Both the position numbers and the translations under genes were made by a program. Source: an uncultured Oscillospiraceae bacterium (lineage in GTDB: Bacteria > Bacillota > Clostridia > Oscillospirales > Acutalibacteraceae). Taken from it: a stretch of 64,000 bases of DNA. The stretch is taken from assembly GCA_900547445.1 (NCBI GenBank), contig URGJ01000001.1:53556-117555 (forward strand), read 5' to 3'. Positions within the stretch are counted from its first letter, which is position 1. The number at the start of each line of letters is the position of its first letter. The notes under the pieces are model-generated. The model was not told where the DNA came from. It made no database searches and saw nothing but the letters and a program-made list of their open reading frames with translations. This document shows, one piece after another, positions 30,153-39,100 of the stretch.

Positions 30153-30199
30153 AAAAAGAGTTAACTGACTTCTCAAAAAGTCAGTTAACTCTTTACTTT
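30153..30199. terminator. Bidirectional rho-independent terminator
   Basis: Perfect 16-bp stem aaagagttaactgact (30155-30170) / agtcagttaactcttt (30179-30194), AAAAA before and TTTT after. Serves the small + ORF and the minus-strand anti-sigma operon. Confidence 0.75.
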
Positions 30200-30292
30200 T
30201 ACAATAATTCAAAAAATGTTGTCATTTTGTTGCCACAAAGGACATCAAAGCGGCAAAAAGCCTTTATTCATGAGCTTTTTTAAGGGTATGAA

Positions 30293-30307
30293 ATCATTCC
30301 CACTCGC
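30293..30307. repeat. att-like core repeat D (tcattcCCACTCgc; encodes EWE-TGA on the minus strand)
   Basis: Shares the tcccactc core with repeats at 34282, 46968 and 60054. The reverse complement reads GAGTGGGAATGA, i.e. the guaA C-terminal EWE plus a stop. Confidence 0.35.
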
Positions 30308-30495
30308 TCCCGAAAACTGTGACTTAAACAATTTTGTATGGGTGTTTTTGCTCATATTATCAGGAGTGTTCAGATTATCCGCAAAATACGGACTATCAAG
30401 ATTTTTGTTGTCATCGTGTTGTCACGCCAACAATGATATGATACACGCTAATTGTCGTTTTTTCAATAGATTTTGTAAAAGAAATAACCTCCACA

Positions 30496-31389
30496 TTATA
30501 AAATAATGTCTTTAAACTCCGATTTTAAAATATCCTTAATGACATCTCTATCTATAACAAATTCGGGAGTTCCCATTGAGCCGGGACCAACCTCGTATTT
30601 GTCAAAGATTATTACTAAATCGCCGTTTTCATTCCAATAGAAATTATGGTCTGCACTGACGGTTGCAAATTCTTCGCCTATCCCACTATTATTTATCCAA
30701 TATGAGATACTTTCATCGTTGGCCATTTGCTCTTGCATTTGCATTTTGATTTCTGCCACAAGAATATCGGAAAATTTATCGGTATTGAACAGATCGCCAA
30801 GCTCGACTATCTTTCCTTGCTTTTTATCAATGTGATAAAATTCAAAATAAGTATTACTGCTTGCCGCCGTTTCACTTACAGATAATTTGAGCGTAAACCA
30901 ACGATCTGTATTCGTTGTCGCTTCATAATCAACGTGGATAGAGCCATAGCCATTATTCCCGGTAATTTCAAGGTCTTTATAAAACTGATTTACAAGAGCA
31001 GTTGTAAGCTCGCTGACATCTTTGTTTATATAATCAACAGCTTCGCTATCCTCACCCTCTATTTGCGGTACATCAATACCCATTTCGTGTTTATCGTCAG
31101 AGTAAAAATAATTACGTATAGTTACCACCCGAACAATATCCCCGATTACGGGAATTTGCTCCAGAGCCTGTGCGTATGCTACGCTCACATTAGGCAATAA
31201 GAAAAGTGTTATAAAAATAAAGCATGCTGCTGCCGCCGCAATACGGGGTAATATGCGAATTTGTTTTATAACGGGTTTCTTTTCGGGTAAGTCGGCAAGC
31301 GTTTGTTCTATACGGTTTTTCACAGAATCAGGAATTTCTGTCTGTTCTTGTGCCGCTTTGCTTTTTATATACTTATCAAAATCATTCAT
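30496..31389 (-). CDS. Anti-sigma factor (RsiV-like: cytoplasmic N-terminus, one TM, extracellular DUF4163/DUF3298-type domain)
   Basis: Single TM IAAAAACFIFITLFLLP. ATGA start/stop overlap with the upstream ECF sigma gene. Confidence 0.6.
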   Translation of the reverse strand: MNDFDKYIKSKAAQEQTEIPDSVKNRIEQTLADLPEKKPVIKQIRILPRIAAAAACFIFITLFLLPNVSVAYAQALEQIPVIGDIVRVVTIRNYFYSDDKHEMGIDVPQIEGEDSEAVDYINKDVSELTTALVNQFYKDLEITGNNGYGSIHVDYEATTNTDRWFTLKLSVSETAASSNTYFEFYHIDKKQGKIVELGDLFNTDKFSDILVAEIKMQMQEQMANDESISYWINNSGIGEEFATVSADHNFYWNENGDLVIIFDKYEVGPGSMGTPEFVIDRDVIKDILKSEFKDIIL

Positions 31390-31880
31390 CCGTTAAAATC
31401 CTCCTTCAAAATTTCTCGCAGCATCTTTCGGGCACGAGAAAGCTGCTTTTTTACAGCAACCACATTCGTGTTTGTAATTTGTGCGATTTTTGATACCGAA
31501 AGATTTTCATAGTAAAACAGCACAACAACTGTACGGTAGGGTTGTTTAAGGCTATTCACAGCCTCACGAACTGTAAGACTTGTAGTTATGTCGTTTTCGG
31601 GACTGTCATCGGGAATGTCCGGTGTTTCTTCCATAGGTATAATTTTTGAATTTTTGCGGATCATTTCAACTGCTGTATTATGAACAATACGCAATATCCA
31701 CGGCTTAAAAGAATTTTCGTTTTTTAGTGTGTCTAAATTTTTATAGGCTCGGTATATGGATTCGCTGATGATTTCGCCCGCATCTGAATCGTTCCAGACA
31801 ATAGAAAAAGCCAAAGAATACATTGCGTTTTCACAAAGCCGTATATGTTCGCAAAATGCGTCTTTGTCGGTCAAAATCAT
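31386..31880 (-). CDS. RNA polymerase ECF-type sigma-70 factor
   Basis: Region 2 (IVHNTAVEMIRK) and region 4 HTH (LSVSKIAQITNTNVVAVKKQLSRARKML). Start placed at MILTDKD, which forms an ATGA overlap with the upstream SGNH gene's stop. Confidence 0.8.
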   Translation of the reverse strand: MILTDKDAFCEHIRLCENAMYSLAFSIVWNDSDAGEIISESIYRAYKNLDTLKNENSFKPWILRIVHNTAVEMIRKNSKIIPMEETPDIPDDSPENDITTSLTVREAVNSLKQPYRTVVVLFYYENLSVSKIAQITNTNVVAVKKQLSRARKMLREILKEDFNG

Positions 31881-32722
31881 CCCTCCCCGATTAGTGAAGC
31901 CGTTTGTCTTATGATCCATTTGCCCCACTCACTGTAATATTTAGCATAAAGATGTGTGCTGTCCTCCGATTTGTCGGAAGATAGTCCGCCTGTTTTATCA
32001 TCAAACAGAATATTGGCATCAAGATAAAATTTGCTTTTTGAGTCCGCGAGTTTTGCCAATTCTGCATTTAACCCGTTAATAGCAGTATTGTTTACCACCT
32101 TATCGCTATCCGAACGACTTTTCGTAACGTGCAGATTTGCTTGTATGAAAATAACAGCATCGGATTGTTTGCTTTTAACAAATTCAATCAACTCACTGTA
32201 TTTTTCGATGGTGTTGCTAAATTTGTATCCCACTTCATTGATGCCGAGCATTATATATATTTTACCATACTTTTTGCTATTCAGCAACTCCGTCAAAGTC
32301 ACCTTGCCGACATTGGGAACAGAAACAGGCTTTTTATGAATGTTGTAAACACTCATTCCCACCGTGCAAAAATAGTCTGCTCCGTCGATACCTGCATACT
32401 CCATAAGTCCCACTGTCCTTGAATCACCGATGAACAGAGCATCATCCATAGAAATATCGCTGTTTGGTTGCGTTGTTATATTTTCCGAAGTTGATGTTTC
32501 TGTTATAGATGTACTCGCTTCGTAATCACCCTCTGTTTGCGTAGAGTTTGTATCTTCTAAGGTGTCTTTGGGATTCGATATAATATCGTTTTGCGTTACC
32601 GAATTGTTGTCGGTTTCTGTGTCGGAGCTTGAAGATGGGGTTTGCCAAAAAAACATCAACAGTATAACAGCAACAACTAAAAAACATAAGGACAAAAGAG
32701 TAACTAAATTTGACTTTTTCAT
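31877..32722 (-). CDS. Membrane-anchored SGNH/GDSL hydrolase (O-acetyltransferase/esterase partner of the MBOAT)
   Basis: N-terminal TM anchor, Ser/Thr-rich linker, and the GDS block LFIGDSRTVG. Confidence 0.7.
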   Translation of the reverse strand: MKKSNLVTLLSLCFLVVAVILLMFFWQTPSSSSDTETDNNSVTQNDIISNPKDTLEDTNSTQTEGDYEASTSITETSTSENITTQPNSDISMDDALFIGDSRTVGLMEYAGIDGADYFCTVGMSVYNIHKKPVSVPNVGKVTLTELLNSKKYGKIYIMLGINEVGYKFSNTIEKYSELIEFVKSKQSDAVIFIQANLHVTKSRSDSDKVVNNTAINGLNAELAKLADSKSKFYLDANILFDDKTGGLSSDKSEDSTHLYAKYYSEWGKWIIRQTASLIGEG

Positions 32723-32734
32723 TTTCTTTACCTC

Positions 32735-34192
32735 TCAAAATCTAAAATATAAAAACGGATCATCAAAGCCACGGTACATACAATATACACTTGCACAGAA
32801 AATCACCGATAACAGCAGGCATATAACAACACGGCTTTTAATTCGTTTCAAAATACGAAACGGCAATCTTGTCGAGAACAATATACCTGCGATAAAAAAC
32901 GAATAAAATAAGTTTAAGTATTTTAGGTAGTCATACCTAAATATCGACCATACGCCTTGACCGAAAAACGGGAACAACCGAGTAAAAAACACCCAAAGCT
33001 GCCCTATATCATCAATAGCGAATATTGCCCAAGTAATCGGGATCAATATGAACATATAAAGGTGGGCAATGACAGGCATTTTATTAAGATATTTTCCTAT
33101 AAAGAATTTTTCAAGCATTATGATAATGGACAGAACTGTTCCCCATAAAACGAAATTATATCCTGCACCGTGCCACAACCCCGTAAGCAACCATACGATA
33201 AGCAGATTTCTGACAGTAGCAATTTTGCCGTTGCGATTTCCGCCAAGAGGGATATATACATACTCTCTAAACCAAGCCCCAAGTGTTATATGCCACCGCC
33301 GCCAAAATTCTGTCATTGTAAGGCTTGTATATGGGTGGTCAAAGTTTTTCGGTAGCTTGAATCCGAGCATTTTTCCAAGACCTATAGCCATCAGGGAGTA
33401 ACCGAAAAAATCAAAATATATTTGAAAAGAAAATGCTATTATCGCCATCCACGCAAGCGGTGTAGATATGCTTTCAAACCCAATCGCACAAGTCTGCGAC
33501 CACAGTTTTCCGATAGGATTAGCAAGTAGCACTTTTAATCCTAATCCGAAAATAAATATGCCGATACCTCTCAGCACAGATGATGTTTTGATTTGCCGCT
33601 TATACAGTTCTTTTTCCACTTGACCGTAAGTAACAATCGGACCGGCAATGAGCTGTTCGAACATTGAAATATATATCGTATATTTAAGCAAACTTTGTTG
33701 TGCCTTTGTAGTTCCTCGGTAAACATCAACAATATATGAAATTCCTTGAAAGGTGTAAAAGGAAATGCCAATAGGCAATACAATATCTGCCGTAAAGTTA
33801 AAACTCGGATTGAGCCGACCAATTTCGTTTATTACAAAACCGGAATACTTAAATGCGGCCAGACTGATTAAGTGTAAACTTATGCCTATGGTCAATAATA
33901 CCTTCTTGTGTGCCGAAAATTTTTCAATCCATACACCAACCACAAAATCCGCAATAATACTTAGTATAAACACTATAAAATGTTCGGGGTTATGGATCGT
34001 GCCCACAAAGTAAAAGCACAAACTTCCAATAAATAATATAGAATTCTTTAATTTATCAGGTACAATATAGTAGCACCCGAAGAATATCGGCATAAATATA
34101 AAGATAAATTGTAAACTACTGAATACCATAACCATACCATCATTTCGCTGTTCTGATATATAGATGCACGGGCAATATAAAAGGTGACACAC
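32735..34192 (-). CDS. MBOAT family membrane O-acyltransferase (DltB/AlgI/PatA-like)
   Basis: Conserved MBOAT histidine block FWRRWHITLGAWFREYVYIPLGGNR. Polytopic. The true start is probably the internal MVMVFSSLQF (~34129-34135). Confidence 0.8.
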   Translation of the reverse strand: MCHLLYCPCIYISEQRNDGMVMVFSSLQFIFIFMPIFFGCYYIVPDKLKNSILFIGSLCFYFVGTIHNPEHFIVFILSIIADFVVGVWIEKFSAHKKVLLTIGISLHLISLAAFKYSGFVINEIGRLNPSFNFTADIVLPIGISFYTFQGISYIVDVYRGTTKAQQSLLKYTIYISMFEQLIAGPIVTYGQVEKELYKRQIKTSSVLRGIGIFIFGLGLKVLLANPIGKLWSQTCAIGFESISTPLAWMAIIAFSFQIYFDFFGYSLMAIGLGKMLGFKLPKNFDHPYTSLTMTEFWRRWHITLGAWFREYVYIPLGGNRNGKIATVRNLLIVWLLTGLWHGAGYNFVLWGTVLSIIIMLEKFFIGKYLNKMPVIAHLYMFILIPITWAIFAIDDIGQLWVFFTRLFPFFGQGVWSIFRYDYLKYLNLFYSFFIAGILFSTRLPFRILKRIKSRVVICLLLSVIFCASVYCMYRGFDDPFLYFRF

Positions 34193-34273
34193 AAATTTAT
34201 TTTTTCAAAAAAATTAGCGGCAAGGATTTCTCCCTGCCGCCGTTTAACTGTTATATTAACTTGAAAACCGCCT

Positions 34274-34289
34274 GATTCTACTCCCACTC
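34274..34289. repeat. att core repeat C (left junction of integrative element 2; gattctacTCCCACTC)
   Basis: Reverse complement reads GAGTGGGAGTAG (EWE-stop). Located between a chromosomal operon and the arm-type repeats of element 2. Confidence 0.55.
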
Positions 34290-34390
34290 GACGAGGACTA
34301 AACAATTCTGTTTATGTAATTTTGCTTTTCGTTAGTCTCTCTGTTTTGATTTTACGATGTATCTGTATTATCCTGTGCCAAAATGCCCTT

Positions 34391-34420
34391 GTTATCATTT
34401 TGTTATCGTGGTTGATAACA
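34391..34420. repeat. Arm-type repeats GTTATCA x2 (11-bp phasing) plus inverted TGATAAC, at the left end of element 2
   Basis: gttatcattttgttatcgtggttgataac. The same GTTATCAAA motif recurs with 11-bp phasing at 46887-46906, the right end of element 2. Confidence 0.5.
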
Positions 34421-34541
34421 AGAATAATTTCACCGTGGATAATAAGGAAGTGGTATGTGTGTATTATATCGCACTTGACCTCAAATTGCAATATGTTTTT
34501 CAAAATTTACACGCAAGATTGACAAAAAGCGTGCAAACCTC

Positions 34542-34570
34542 TTGCGGTTTAGGGAACAATCTATTATAAT
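34542..34570 (+). promoter_or_regulatory. Candidate promoter for the abiEi-abiEii-hhe operon
   Basis: TTGCGG (34542-34547), 17-nt spacer, then TATAAT (34565-34570). The ATG at 34597 is 27 nt downstream. Confidence 0.35.
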
Positions 34571-34596
34571 ATAAACACGCATAATGAGAATACTGC

Positions 34597-35226
34597 ATGC
34601 AGAAAGTTGGTGGCAGTTTGAGTAAGCACGATATCGTAAACGAAGTATTTAATACAGTCGGTGAAGTTGCAAAGAAATCTGATTTCATTTCTGCCGGACT
34701 GAAAGAACAAGATATTTATACACTTTTTAAGCAGGGATATATTGAACGTGTCAGGTATGGTTATTATAAACTGTCTGTTGGGGATGAACTCAAAGAAGAA
34801 GTTCTCCTTTCCAAATTGATGACACAAGGCATCGTTTGTGTTGAATCGGCGCTGTTTTATTACGGTTACAGCGATTTTGCACCCCGTGAGTGGACGATTA
34901 CCGTTCCCCGTTCCTATTCCAGAACCGTAAAAGCCATACAGGAAAAAGTACCGGTAAAGGCGTATTATGTTCAGAACGATATGTACCACCTCGGTGAAAC
35001 AACAGGTACTTTTAACGGTGTCACACTTCCCGTATATGACCGTGAACGCACTATCTGTGACTGTTTCAAATACCGTACGAAGCTGGATAATGAGATATTT
35101 AATAAAGCAATCAACGCCTATGTATCAGACGAAAAGAAAAACCTTGCCACCCTTTCCAAATATGCAAAAGAAATGGGCGTTTATAAAAAAATGATGAATG
35201 TAATGGAGGTACTGCTTAATGGCTGA
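34597..35226 (+). CDS. abiEi: AbiEi-family antitoxin / transcriptional regulator (type IV toxin-antitoxin)
   Basis: 209-aa protein with N-terminal wHTH-like and C-terminal AbiEi-type domains. 8-nt overlap with the downstream AbiEii nucleotidyltransferase. Confidence 0.65.
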   Translation: MQKVGGSLSKHDIVNEVFNTVGEVAKKSDFISAGLKEQDIYTLFKQGYIERVRYGYYKLSVGDELKEEVLLSKLMTQGIVCVESALFYYGYSDFAPREWTITVPRSYSRTVKAIQEKVPVKAYYVQNDMYHLGETTGTFNGVTLPVYDRERTICDCFKYRTKLDNEIFNKAINAYVSDEKKNLATLSKYAKEMGVYKKMMNVMEVLLNG

Positions 35227-36115
35227 TATTGCTGCATCTGTGCTTGCACGACTGAAAAATAAGGCTGCCGAAAGCGGAAGAAGTTATCAGCTTTGTCTGC
35301 AGCTCTTTTGCCAGGAAGAATTTCTGCGCCGTTTGGAAAAATCCAAATATGCAGAAAATCTTGTGCTGAAAGGCGGATTGTTTATCTATTCCCTTACCGA
35401 CTTTGACAGCCGAGTAACAGTTGATGTGGACTTTTTGCTCCGCCAAATGCCAAATACGCCGGAGCAGTTAAAAACCGTGTTGGAGGAAATTATTGCAACA
35501 CCTACCGGAAACGACTTTATCACTTTTGAGATTAAAGATATTGCTCCTATTGCTGTTGCCAAAAAGTATGCAGGAATCGGTGCATCGGTGGTCGCCCGCA
35601 TTAAAAACACCAAAACACCGTTCAGTATTGACTTTGGTGTAGGAGATGTCATCGTACCGAAACAGGAAAAACGAAAAATCCCGACACAGCTTTCCGACTT
35701 TGACGCCCCGACAGTAAATACATACTCCCTTGAAACAACCATTGCCGAGAAGATTGACGTTATTCTTAGTCTAATGGAATTTTCAAGCCGAATGAAAGAT
35801 TACTACGATATTTACTATCTTGCCAATAAATTTGATTTTGACGGCAAGGTGCTCACCGAAGCACTTAAGAAAACTTTTGAAAATCGTGGACACACCTTTA
35901 CGGTTGAACAGTTTGAGCAGGTTATGGGCTTTGACAGAGACGGCTCAATGCAAAAGAAATGGAAAGCATTTGTCCGAAAAATTGATACAAAAACCGATGA
36001 TTATGGTACTGTGCTGAAAACAATAAAAGAGTTTCTTACAGAACCGTTTGTAGCGGCAGTCAAAGGTAAAGAGATTATTGACAAATGGTCTGCTTATAGT
36101 GGGAAATGGATGTAA
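35219..36115 (+). CDS. abiEii: AbiEii/AbiGii-family nucleotidyltransferase toxin (DUF1814)
   Basis: Characteristic N-terminus MADIAASVLARLKNKAAESGRSYQLCLQLFCQEEFLRRL, and the block ENLVLKGGLFIYSLTDFDSRVTVDVDF that I take to be the nucleotidyltransferase core. Confidence 0.8.
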   Translation: MADIAASVLARLKNKAAESGRSYQLCLQLFCQEEFLRRLEKSKYAENLVLKGGLFIYSLTDFDSRVTVDVDFLLRQMPNTPEQLKTVLEEIIATPTGNDFITFEIKDIAPIAVAKKYAGIGASVVARIKNTKTPFSIDFGVGDVIVPKQEKRKIPTQLSDFDAPTVNTYSLETTIAEKIDVILSLMEFSSRMKDYYDIYYLANKFDFDGKVLTEALKKTFENRGHTFTVEQFEQVMGFDRDGSMQKKWKAFVRKIDTKTDDYGTVLKTIKEFLTEPFVAAVKGKEIIDKWSAYSGKWM

Positions 36116-39100
36116 TTTTGGAGGTAGTTATGGCAAATATTGACGTTAAATATGATGTTTGGAAAAACAAACTATTGGATTTAGGAAAACGCAATAGATT
36201 GTTGAATTATAAAGATACTGCACGCTCAAATGTTAAAATTGAATACCCCGAGTGCGGCACTCTGTATAATATGATTGTAAAAGAAGAGAACGCATTGGTC
36301 TTTCCTTTTGAATACGACGAAGAAAATTCAGAAATCGAATATGTTTCTAATGTTGAAACTAATAAAAATACCAGTGATTTGCAAAAAGCACTTAGAAATT
36401 TAAGAAATAAGGCAAAGACTGCTATTGAGGAACAAGGTGTAAATGTCTTGTATCTTTCGTTTGGTTTTCTGAAATGGACAGAATCAGAAAACTCCAATCA
36501 GAGTTTTACATCTCCGTTAGTTTTAGTTCCGGTTACATTAACAATCGAATCAATTAAATCTCCATATACTTTAACACTTCACGAAGATGAAATCGTTGTC
36601 AATCCCACCCTTGTTTATAAACTTGAAAATGATTTTGGAATTACTCTGCCTACGTTTGATGAAAACGGGGATATTGACGACTTTCTTGAAGAAGTCAAAA
36701 GAAGTATTACATTAAAGAACTGGTCAGTTACAAAGGATGTTGGGCTGAGTCTGCTTTCTTTTTTGAAAATCAATATGTATTCAGACTTAAACAAACATAA
36801 AGAATCTATCGTTGCTAATCCTATCGTAAGAGCAATAAGTGGTGATGCGTCTGCTATTACCAGAATTTCTGACGAAATGACAGATTTCGATTTTGATAAG
36901 CAGATAAAACCGACTGATGTATTTCAAGTTGTAGATGCCGATGCCAGTCAACAAGATGCTATCATGATGGCGAAAAAAGGCGTTAGCTTTGTTTTACAGG
37001 GGCCTCCCGGCACCGGTAAAAGCCAAACGATTACAAATATAATTGCCGAAAGTCTTGCCGACGGTAAAAAGGTTTTATTTGTTTCTGAAAAGATGGCAGC
37101 TCTTGATGTCGTCCACCGCAGATTATCAAGTGCCGGCTTAGATGATTTCTGTCTTGTTTTACATAGTCATAAGGCAAATAAAAGAAACGTTTTAGACCAA
37201 CTCGGCAAAGTATTGGATCTTAGTCAGAAAAAAGTTAAATTGACTGATGAGGCATACCAAAAATTAAATGTTTTACAAGCAGACAAGGATAAATTAAACG
37301 CTTATGCTGAGCAAGTATATGAAAAAATTGAACCTCTTGGTAAATCAATATATGAAGTGAACGGTATTGTAGCAAACTTAGATAGTTACGATGATTATAT
37401 CTTCGATATTAGCGATATTCGCAATGTGACAAAAGAACAATATAATAAATATAGTTATCTGTTAGCTCAATTTGCTACCACCATTGGAAAAATGACAGAT
37501 GACTTTAAAAACAATCCTTGGCGAGAATGCCACTTAACATCTGTTTCTAACGAGTTTAGACACGATGCAACTTCCCGCCTTAATAATCTTTTGCCTAAAC
37601 TCAAAGATTTTGATGAAAAGTTAGCAGAAGTATTTGTTACACTACATATGGATGTACCGCATACTCTCCAAAATGTGGACCAAATAATTGAAGTGCTAAA
37701 TGTTATTGAATCAGCACAAAAAATCCCATCAGAATGGATACTGACTGATGGAATTCAGCCTTTGTTTGATGAAATTACAAATTGCATCAAACTAAAAAAA
37801 GAACTTATTTCATTGTCAGATAATTTAGCAGATAAATATAAAACAATTCACACAAATGAATCAATAGCGGAGCTTTCTTCTGCTGATTCTTTAAATAATA
37901 CTTCTGCTTTAATAAGCGAGAAACGAAACTTAAAAGAATTAGTTACTTCTACTAAGCCTTATTCTGCTTGGAACACAGATGTAATTGATAGCGTAACAGC
38001 CCTGTTGTCACAGGCTATTGAAACGGCTAATGAAATAAACGCCTTAAAGAATGAACTCCTTGAGGTATATGAACCAACGGTTTTTGAATTGGATTACAAT
38101 GCAATATTAGGACGAATCAAAACAGAATACACCTCGTTTACAAAGGTTTTCAAGAAAGAATACAAACAGGACAAAAAGGCAATACAACTTCATCATAAGA
38201 ATATTGTTAAGAAAATCAGCGATGAAGAAATGCTGTCTCTTGTCGAGAAGCTTCGCAAAATAGACGAAACAAGGCAATGGTATGCCGATAACGCTAAATC
38301 ATTGAGGGAATATTTTGGCGAAGATGTTGTCGATGAAAACACAGATTATACTGTTTATCAAAAACGTATTATAGCATTCAACGCCATAAATAATGCAATT
38401 AAAATCATTAACGATATGGTTGAAATTTTCAATCACATTAGTGATAAGGAACAATTATTGCAAGAACATTACCAATTCTTGTATAACGGAATTTTATCCG
38501 ACTGGGAGGCAATCCGTAGTGCTTTAAATTGGGCAATATCATTTAAGGACAGCATATATAAAATAAACGTTTCAGATTATTTTGTCAAAGCGGTATGTGA
38601 TGGAAATGAATTCATTGACATCTGCAAACAAGAAAATGATACTTTGGAAGAACTTAAGCGTACGATATCTTTCGAGTACAGGTGGTTTGTATCAAATTTT
38701 GCTCATCCTGAAATATTTGATACAATAGAACTTCCCGATCTTTATAATAGGTTAAATGCTTGCGTTAACGGACTGTTTTTATTGGAAGAGTGGATCGATT
38801 TCAGTTCCGCAAAAGCAAACTGTATAGCCGGCGGATTGAGCAGTTTTATAGAGGTTATTGAACAACACAATATTCCGTCACAGGATATTATACCGATTTT
38901 CAAGAAGCGTTTCTTCCGCTTGTGGTTGGATGCTGTACTTCCTGAATATCCTGCTGTTTTGAATTTCAGAAGAAAAGTGCAGGAAGCGACCATTGATGAA
39001 TTCACATTGTTGGATAAAATGCAATTTGAAATTGCAAAAGCTCGAATCAAAAGCAAGCTTATTAATGACTTGCCTTCTCTTGAACATTTTACAAATGGTG

